DNA of 13,336 nucleotides from Armatimonadota bacterium (GTDB lineage: Bacteria; Armatimonadota; UBA10988). The position numbers and the translations under genes are program-made. The DNA is taken from the NCBI GenBank assembly GCA_016235455.1, contig JACRKZ010000123.1, positions 1 to 13,336 on the forward strand, given 5' to 3'. The notes below the pieces were generated by a model. It saw only the letters and a list, made by a program, of their open reading frames with translations, had not been told where the DNA came from and ran no database searches. Positions 7,601-13,336 of the stretch are shown piece after piece (position 1 is the stretch's first letter; the number at the start of each line of letters is the position of its first letter).

Positions 7601-8700
7601 TGCTCACTCTCGCCTGCCTGCTGCTGGCCGCTCCGGCCGACACCATCGCGCTGAACATCGAGCCCACGCGCCAGCGGCCGCGCCAGTCCGAAGGCGCCTT
7701 CGTCACGCTGGCTGACCAGCGCGTGCTGTTCTGCTACACCGAATTCACCGGCGGCGCGGCCGACGAGAGCCCGGCGCATCTGGTGGGCATCGAATCGCGC
7801 GACGGCGGCGCGAGCTGGGGCGCACCGCGCGAGATCGTGGCCAACGAGGGCGGCGCGAACGTCATGAGCGTGTCGCTGCTGCGCCTGAAGTCCGGCCGCA
7901 TCGCGCTGTTCTACCTCAAGAAGAACTCGTGGGTCGATTGTAGGCCGTACCTACGGATCTCCGACGACGAAGGCGCGAGCTGGTCTATGCCAACCTTGGT
8001 TGGCACGGCGCCGGGCTACTTCGTGCTGAACAACGACCGCGTGGTGCAACTCGCCTCGGGCCGGCTGGTGATGCCGCTGGCCTGGCATCGCAGCCGCGGC
8101 GCCGACCCGCATAGCTCGCGCTCGTTCGATGCGCGCGCGGTCGACATCTGGTATCTGTCCGACGACGAGGGCAAGACCTGGCGGGAATCGCGCAGCTGGT
8201 GGGCGCTGCCCGTGGCCAGCGGCACCGGCCTGCAGGAGCCCGGCGTCGTGGAGTTGGGCGACGGTTCGCTGCTCTGCTTCGCCCGCACCGACCGCGGCCA
8301 GCAGTGGGAGATGCGCTCGACCGACGGCGGCGAGACCTGGACCGCGCCGGTCGCCGGCCCGCTGTCGTCGCCGACCTCGCCGGCCTCGATCAAGCGCCTG
8401 CCCGGCACCAACCGCCTGCTGGCCGTGTGGAACGACCATTCGGGCCGCTTCCCCTTCCCCAAAGGCAAGCGCACGCCGCTGGTCTCCGCCCTGTCGGACG
8501 ATGGTGGGAAGACCTGGTCGAGGCAGAAGCCGATCGAGGACGACCCTGACGGCTGGTACTGCTACACGGCCCTGCACTTCGTGGGCGACCACCTGCTGCT
8601 GGCGTATTGCGCCGGCGACAGCAAGGTCGGCGGGCTCAACCGCCTGCGCATCCGGCGGCTGCCGATTGCCTGGCTGACCGCGCGTGACGGCGAAGGTTGA
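7597..8700 (+). CDS. BNR/Asp-box beta-propeller protein, sialidase-like (GH33-related), 367 aa
   Basis: ATGA overlap with the upstream stop and a short signal peptide. Five Asp-boxes (SRDGGASW, SDDEGASW, SDDEGKTW, STDGGETW, SDDGGKTW), plus LQEP, FART, KRTPL and WYCY motifs typical of the sialidase fold. Confidence 0.8.
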   Translation: MMLTLACLLLAAPADTIALNIEPTRQRPRQSEGAFVTLADQRVLFCYTEFTGGAADESPAHLVGIESRDGGASWGAPREIVANEGGANVMSVSLLRLKSGRIALFYLKKNSWVDCRPYLRISDDEGASWSMPTLVGTAPGYFVLNNDRVVQLASGRLVMPLAWHRSRGADPHSSRSFDARAVDIWYLSDDEGKTWRESRSWWALPVASGTGLQEPGVVELGDGSLLCFARTDRGQQWEMRSTDGGETWTAPVAGPLSSPTSPASIKRLPGTNRLLAVWNDHSGRFPFPKGKRTPLVSALSDDGGKTWSRQKPIEDDPDGWYCYTALHFVGDHLLLAYCAGDSKVGGLNRLRIRRLPIAWLTARDGEG

Positions 8701-8803
8701 CGCCACCGTCAAGCGGGCCTCAACGCAATAGGGCAAGGACACAAGCCGCGGGGTCAAGAGGCAAGCTGGCTCCGTGGCCTACAGTGTGGCCGGAGACACG
8801 CCC

Positions 8804-11800
8804 ATGTGGCATGCATTGCGGTGGTTGGCCGTAGGCTTGTGCTGCGCCGCCGCGGTTGGCGCGGATACCCCTTTCGATGCGACGGGCAACGCCAATCCCA
8901 TCGTGCCCGGCTACTTCGCAGACCCGACGATCGAGAAGTTCGGCGACACCTGGTACCTGTACGCCACCACCGACGGCAACGGCGGCGGGCGCGGGCCGGC
9001 GACGGTCTGGGTCTCCAAGGACTTCGCGCAGTGGACGCTGGTCCCCATGAACTGGCCAACGGCGCCCGTCTACTGGGCGCCGGACGTCATTCGTCGGCCC
9101 GATGGCAAGTTCTACCTGTTCTACAACCAGCCGTGCATGACCTTTGCCGGCGTGAGCGACAGCCCCATAGGCCCCTGGACGCCTCTGGGCGGCGGCGAGG
9201 GGCTGGTCATCCCCGATCAGTTCGTCAAGAATGTCATCACCCTCGACACCCAGCTCTTCGAGGATCGCGACGGCAGCGTATGGGGCTACTGGGGCACTTG
9301 GGGCATCTTCGCTGACAGCGGCTGCGGGTTCGGCAAGTTCGGCGCTGATATGAAGTCGTTCGTACGCACCGGCAAGATCCCCAACACGCAGGCCAAGGAC
9401 TTCTTCGAAGGCCCGTTCATGTTCGAGCGGAACGGCGTCTACTACCTGACCTACTCGTCGGGCTCCTGCCACGATGCCAGCTACCGAGTGCAGTACGCGG
9501 TGAGCAACCGCCCCGATGGCGAGTTCGTCATGGGCCCGAACAACCCCATTCTGGCCAGCAGCGGCGACCTGACAGTCAACGGGCCCGGTCATCATTCGAT
9601 CATCAGCGAGGGCGACGAGCACTACATCGTGTACCACCGTCATGACCTGCCACTCACGCCCAATGGCATGCACCGTCAGATCTGCGTGGACCGGCTGGTG
9701 TTCGAGCGCGACGGTGTGATCCGCGCGGTGCAGCCGACGCACCAGGGCGTGCCGGCTCTGCGGCGTGGCGGTCCTCCCGTCGATCTGGCGCTGGGCAAGC
9801 CGGTCACCGCTTCGTCGGCCTATCGCGACACGGTGCGCGGTCACACCTACAAGCCCGAGCACGCGGTGGACGACAACAACGCCACGCTCTGGCGACCAGC
9901 AGGCGATCCTGTCGGCCAGTGGCTGCGCGTGGACTTGGGCTCACCGCAACGCATTCGCCGCACGGCCATAGCCTTCGAGTACGGTACGTGGGCGTACCGC
10001 TACCTGTTGGAGACGTCGGTCGACGGACAGGCCTGGCAGACCTTCGCTGACCAGCGCACCAACACGCGCTGGGGCAGCCCGATGGTCGATCGCGGCGACG
10101 CCACCGCACGGTATGTGCGCCTGACCGTGTTCGACGCGGAATTGCCGGGTCTGCCGGGCGCTGTGTGGAACCTGCGGGTCTACGGGGACGAGGCGACCAG
10201 CGACCTCGAAGCCACGGCCCGTCGGGCCTTCGACCCCTGGGTGGCGCCCCGTCAGAAGCCGTGGCCCCCGCCAGAGCCCAAACGCGGCCTGCTCGTCGAT
10301 CTCGACGCCACGCGCCTGGCCCTGGGCAGCACGGTTGCTAGCTGGCCCAACGCCGGCGCGTTGGGCGGACGGTTTGCCGCTGGCGAGGCGCGCCCCACGG
10401 TCGACATCGCCGCGGGGCGCAAAGCCGTGCGGTTCGGCGGCCAGCAAATGCTCACGGCTACCTTCGCCGCGCCGAGCAACCTGACGGGCAACAGTCGGTT
10501 CACTGTGGCGGCTTGGGTGCTCAACCCCGAGATCGGTGAGAGCGAGGCCATCGTCTCGTGGGCCGGTCGCGGTGGACCAGATGCCTGCACCGCACAGGTT
10601 GGCTACGGTACCCAGCCGGCCTGGGGAGCCGTGGGCCACTGGGGGTTCGCCGACATGGGCTTTGCCGGAGGACCGCCCGCCGCGGGCCAGTGGCATCACC
10701 TGGCCGTGGCCTATGATGGCACCGTGGAACGGGTCTACGTGGACGGCAAGCTCAACCGCGCGGCGCCCAAGATGCTGATGCTGAACCAGGGCCGCCCTGT
10801 CTACGTCGGGTGCTCCGAGCCGGGCACAGAGTACTTCGATGGCTATCTGGCTTCACTGGCCATGTACGACCGCGCTCTGGGCGACGACGAACTGGCCGCG
10901 TTGGCGGCGGCGGCGCCGGCCCCCGAAGCGCTGCTGCATGTCGATTGCGCCGCGCTGCCCGACGGCCCGTTGGCCAACTGGCCCAATCAGGGCGCCTGGG
11001 CCGGCAGCCTCACGGGTGCCCAGCCGCCGCGCGTAGCCACGGCTGCCGGACATACCGCCGTGGTGTTCGAGCCCGGCCGGAGCTTGGAACTGCCCCTGCC
11101 GCCAGCGACGGCGTCATCGGACCTCACCATCCTGGCCAGCGTGCATCGCGGCGAGGCCGGCCAAGTGCCACTGCTGGAACTCGTCGGCCGTGGCGCCCTG
11201 TCCGCCGCCGTGCCGGCCGGTGGTTGGCACCACCTGGCGTTGGTCGTCGAAGGCGGCCGGGCTCGCGTATGGATCGACGGTCAGGCACAGGCCGGTGCCA
11301 CAGGCTGGCCGGCCGCCACGCCAACCAGCCTGCGCCTGGGCGGCGCAGTCGCCGCGGCGGTGAGCCGCGTGCAAGTGCTGGGTCGGGCCCTGTCGGAGGC
11401 CGAGGTGGCTGGTGTCGTGGCCGGCTGGCGCGCGGAGCAGGTGACGCCAAGCCCGAGCCCTGCGGCCTTCGACCTGCCCCCCGTGGCGGGCACGATCACG
11501 CAGGTGCTCATGTCGGCCCGGCGCGGCCAGTCGCCGGTCGGCGCGGTAAGCTACAAGTTCGACGAGGTTACCGGCTCGCCCGGTGCCGACAGCAGCGGGT
11601 GGCAGACCAGCCCGCACTATCTCGACACCGGCCTGCGGCCCGGCACGCGCTACCGCTACACGGTAACGCTGCGCGATGCGCGTGGCAACGTCAGCGAGCC
11701 CTCGGAGCCGGTGGAGGCGACTACCGACCCGACACGACTCACCGAGCAGCAGGACGGATTCGACGTGGCGCGTGACTACCTGACCGCGGGCTGCGCGGGC

Positions 11801-12391
11801 AGCGGCTGGGACGGGCTGTTGGCCCAGGCACCAGCCCATCAGGCCGAGGTGGCGGCTGCCGGTCAGGGCGTGCTGCGGCTGCAGTCGGCCAATACCAACT
11901 GGACCGGCGGCCCGTCGCAGGGCCCGTTGCTGTACCGGCTGGCGCAGGGCGACTTCGTGGCCACTGTGCGCGTCGTGGACTACGCCGGGCTGGCCGCCAG
12001 GCAGGTGCCCGGCAACAACGATGCGGGCCTGATGCTGCGCGTGCCCCAACTCGATGATGCCGGCGCCGGCGAAGACCTGGTACAGCTCAACTTCTTCCCC
12101 ATCTGGGATCAGGGCAACATGTGGACCAACATGGACAACGGCGGACGCAGCCAACGCGGCAATCGATTGGCGTGGAAGGCCCATCCCTGGTTGCAGATGG
12201 AGCGGCGCGGAGCCACGATATACTTGCGGACCAGTGCCGACGGCAAGACGTGGGTAGACCTGCCCGAGACGCCCCTGCAGCGGCCCGACCTGGCCGGGCA
12301 GAGGGTTCAGGTGGGCCTATATCACGCCAGCTACGGCACCGCCAGCAGCTACGCCACGTTTGACGACTGGTCGTTGGTGGTCGGCCGCTAG
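8804..12391 (+). CDS. Modular GH43 glycoside hydrolase: GH43 + F5/8 type C (CBM32-like) + two LamG/ConA-like domains + FN3 + C-terminal ConA-like beta-sandwich (1195 aa)
   Basis: ATG 8804 follows GGAG (8792-8795) and starts a signal peptide. GH43 motifs: NPIVPGYFADP (base Asp), WAPD, TLDTQLF (helper Asp), FFEGP (acid Glu), GPGHHS and YHRH. F5/8: DLALGKPVTASS...AVDDNNATLW...WLRVDLG...ARYVRL. LamG: FTVAAWV...GQWHHLAVAYDG...VYVDG. FN3: DTGLRPGTRYRYTVTLRDARGNVS. Confidence 0.9.
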   Translation: MWHALRWLAVGLCCAAAVGADTPFDATGNANPIVPGYFADPTIEKFGDTWYLYATTDGNGGGRGPATVWVSKDFAQWTLVPMNWPTAPVYWAPDVIRRPDGKFYLFYNQPCMTFAGVSDSPIGPWTPLGGGEGLVIPDQFVKNVITLDTQLFEDRDGSVWGYWGTWGIFADSGCGFGKFGADMKSFVRTGKIPNTQAKDFFEGPFMFERNGVYYLTYSSGSCHDASYRVQYAVSNRPDGEFVMGPNNPILASSGDLTVNGPGHHSIISEGDEHYIVYHRHDLPLTPNGMHRQICVDRLVFERDGVIRAVQPTHQGVPALRRGGPPVDLALGKPVTASSAYRDTVRGHTYKPEHAVDDNNATLWRPAGDPVGQWLRVDLGSPQRIRRTAIAFEYGTWAYRYLLETSVDGQAWQTFADQRTNTRWGSPMVDRGDATARYVRLTVFDAELPGLPGAVWNLRVYGDEATSDLEATARRAFDPWVAPRQKPWPPPEPKRGLLVDLDATRLALGSTVASWPNAGALGGRFAAGEARPTVDIAAGRKAVRFGGQQMLTATFAAPSNLTGNSRFTVAAWVLNPEIGESEAIVSWAGRGGPDACTAQVGYGTQPAWGAVGHWGFADMGFAGGPPAAGQWHHLAVAYDGTVERVYVDGKLNRAAPKMLMLNQGRPVYVGCSEPGTEYFDGYLASLAMYDRALGDDELAALAAAAPAPEALLHVDCAALPDGPLANWPNQGAWAGSLTGAQPPRVATAAGHTAVVFEPGRSLELPLPPATASSDLTILASVHRGEAGQVPLLELVGRGALSAAVPAGGWHHLALVVEGGRARVWIDGQAQAGATGWPAATPTSLRLGGAVAAAVSRVQVLGRALSEAEVAGVVAGWRAEQVTPSPSPAAFDLPPVAGTITQVLMSARRGQSPVGAVSYKFDEVTGSPGADSSGWQTSPHYLDTGLRPGTRYRYTVTLRDARGNVSEPSEPVEATTDPTRLTEQQDGFDVARDYLTAGCAGSGWDGLLAQAPAHQAEVAAAGQGVLRLQSANTNWTGGPSQGPLLYRLAQGDFVATVRVVDYAGLAARQVPGNNDAGLMLRVPQLDDAGAGEDLVQLNFFPIWDQGNMWTNMDNGGRSQRGNRLAWKAHPWLQMERRGATIYLRTSADGKTWVDLPETPLQRPDLAGQRVQVGLYHASYGTASSYATFDDWSLVVGR

Positions 12392-12565
12392 CGCGCCGAC
12401 ACAGCAAGCAGCCCGGCGTTCAGCGGAGGGACACGATTGCATCACCTCACAGCCCACCTGTTGGCCACCTCGGCGGCCCGGCGACCGGTGAGCCTGCCGA
12501 ACGGATCCCACCCCAGGCGGTTGCTTGCTTCCGCCGCCCCGTGACCTAGCGTGAGCCAAACGACC

Positions 12566-13336
12566 ATGCATCTCCTCCCCATCCTCGCCCTCCTCACCCC
12601 AGCCCTCACCGCGCCGACGCCCAACGTCCCCGGCGGTGAGCTCGACGGCTATCGCCTGGCCTTTGGCGACGAGTTCGACGGCGACCGGTTGGACGACCAG
12701 GCCTGGGTCTGCCGCACCGGCCCGCGGCTGTGGAGCGACAACCTGGCGCGCAACGTCAGCGTGGCCGACGGCCGGCTGCGCATCGCGCTGCGGCGCGAGA
12801 AATCGGGCGAGCTGAACTACACCGCGGGCGGCGTGATCAGCCGGGCACTGTTCCGCTATGGCTACTTCGAGGCGCGCTTCCGCGTGCCACGCGGCGCGGG
12901 CTGGCACACCTCGTTCTGGCTGATGCGCTTCGACGGCGGTGCGGCCAAGCGCGCCGGTGAGCCGGTACAGGAGATCGACATCTGCGAGCAGGACTCGGTC
13001 AACCTGCACCGCTATGCCCCCAACCTGCACCGCTGGCTGCCCGAGCCGCACGCCTCGCGCGGGCATCGCAACATCGACGTGGCGCCCGACCTGTCCGCCG
13101 ACTTCCACACCTGGGGCTGCCTCTGGCTGCCGCAGCGGCTGACCTACTACTTCGACGGCCAGCCGGTGCACAGCATCGACGCCACCGCCTACCCGCACGG
13201 GCCGAACAACCTCTGGCTGACCACCGTGGCCGCCGCGCTGGGCGGCACCAAGGCCGTGGACGACACGCAGTTGCCCGCCTTCGCCGAGTTCGACTACGTG
13301 CGGCACTGGGTGCCCGACCAACCCTCGCCCCGCGCG
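12566..13336 (+). CDS. GH16 family glycoside hydrolase (3' end truncated by the window, 257 codons visible)
   Basis: Translated by hand; absent from the ORF track. MHLLPILALLTPALTA...GYRLAFGDEFDGDRLDDQAW...FRYGYFEARFRVPRGAGWHTSFWLM...QEIDICEQDS...DFHTWGCLW...YYFDG...EFDYVRHW. The catalytic ExDxxE motif EIDICE is at 12971-12988. An alternative in-frame GTG lies at 12551. Confidence 0.9.
   Translation, partial: MHLLPILALLTPALTAPTPNVPGGELDGYRLAFGDEFDGDRLDDQAWVCRTGPRLWSDNLARNVSVADGRLRIALRREKSGELNYTAGGVISRALFRYGYFEARFRVPRGAGWHTSFWLMRFDGGAAKRAGEPVQEIDICEQDSVNLHRYAPNLHRWLPEPHASRGHRNIDVAPDLSADFHTWGCLWLPQRLTYYFDGQPVHSIDATAYPHGPNNLWLTTVAAALGGTKAVDDTQLPAFAEFDYVRHWVPDQPSPRA

Noticed and set aside
3640-8520. 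Recurrent 'gacggcggc...acctgg'-like nucleotide motifs
   Set aside because: Explained by Asp-box/BNR protein repeats in the GH74 and sialidase-like propellers, not a DNA repeat array.
8697-8712. Hairpin TTGACG-CCAC-CGTCAA at the stop of the sialidase-like gene
   Set aside because: Only a 6-bp stem with no U-tract, and no properly spaced -10 if TTGACG were a -35. Too weak to call a terminator or promoter.
13000-13034. 14-bp direct repeat CAACCTGCACCGCT with 21-bp period (NLHRY/NLHRW) inside GH16
   Set aside because: Two in-frame copies within a coding region; not CRISPR-like and no evidence of function.

Overview
GC-rich bacterial DNA (roughly 70% GC by eye) with two divergent gene blocks. 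The + strand carries a secreted carbohydrate-degradation cluster: GH74 xyloglucanase (3309-5441), a divergent GH95-like hydrolase (5453-7600), a BNR/Asp-box sialidase-fold protein (7597-8700), a large modular GH43 (8804-12391) and a GH16 that runs off the right edge (12566->13336). Upstream of the cluster are a sigma70-like promoter and a LacI-type palindrome that touches the RBS. The - strand carries a secreted protein with cell-wall-binding-2-like repeats and a gingipain-like (C25) peptidase domain (3163-839). It is followed by a gene missing from the ORF track (762-<1): a Swt1-like HEPN domain with an intact RxxxxH motif (RNRWAH), joined by a linker to a possible EVE/PUA-like domain. This HEPN fusion is the best candidate for an undescribed defence or toxin system. 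No RNA genes, CRISPR arrays or transposases were seen. All family calls come from motif recognition, not database searches.
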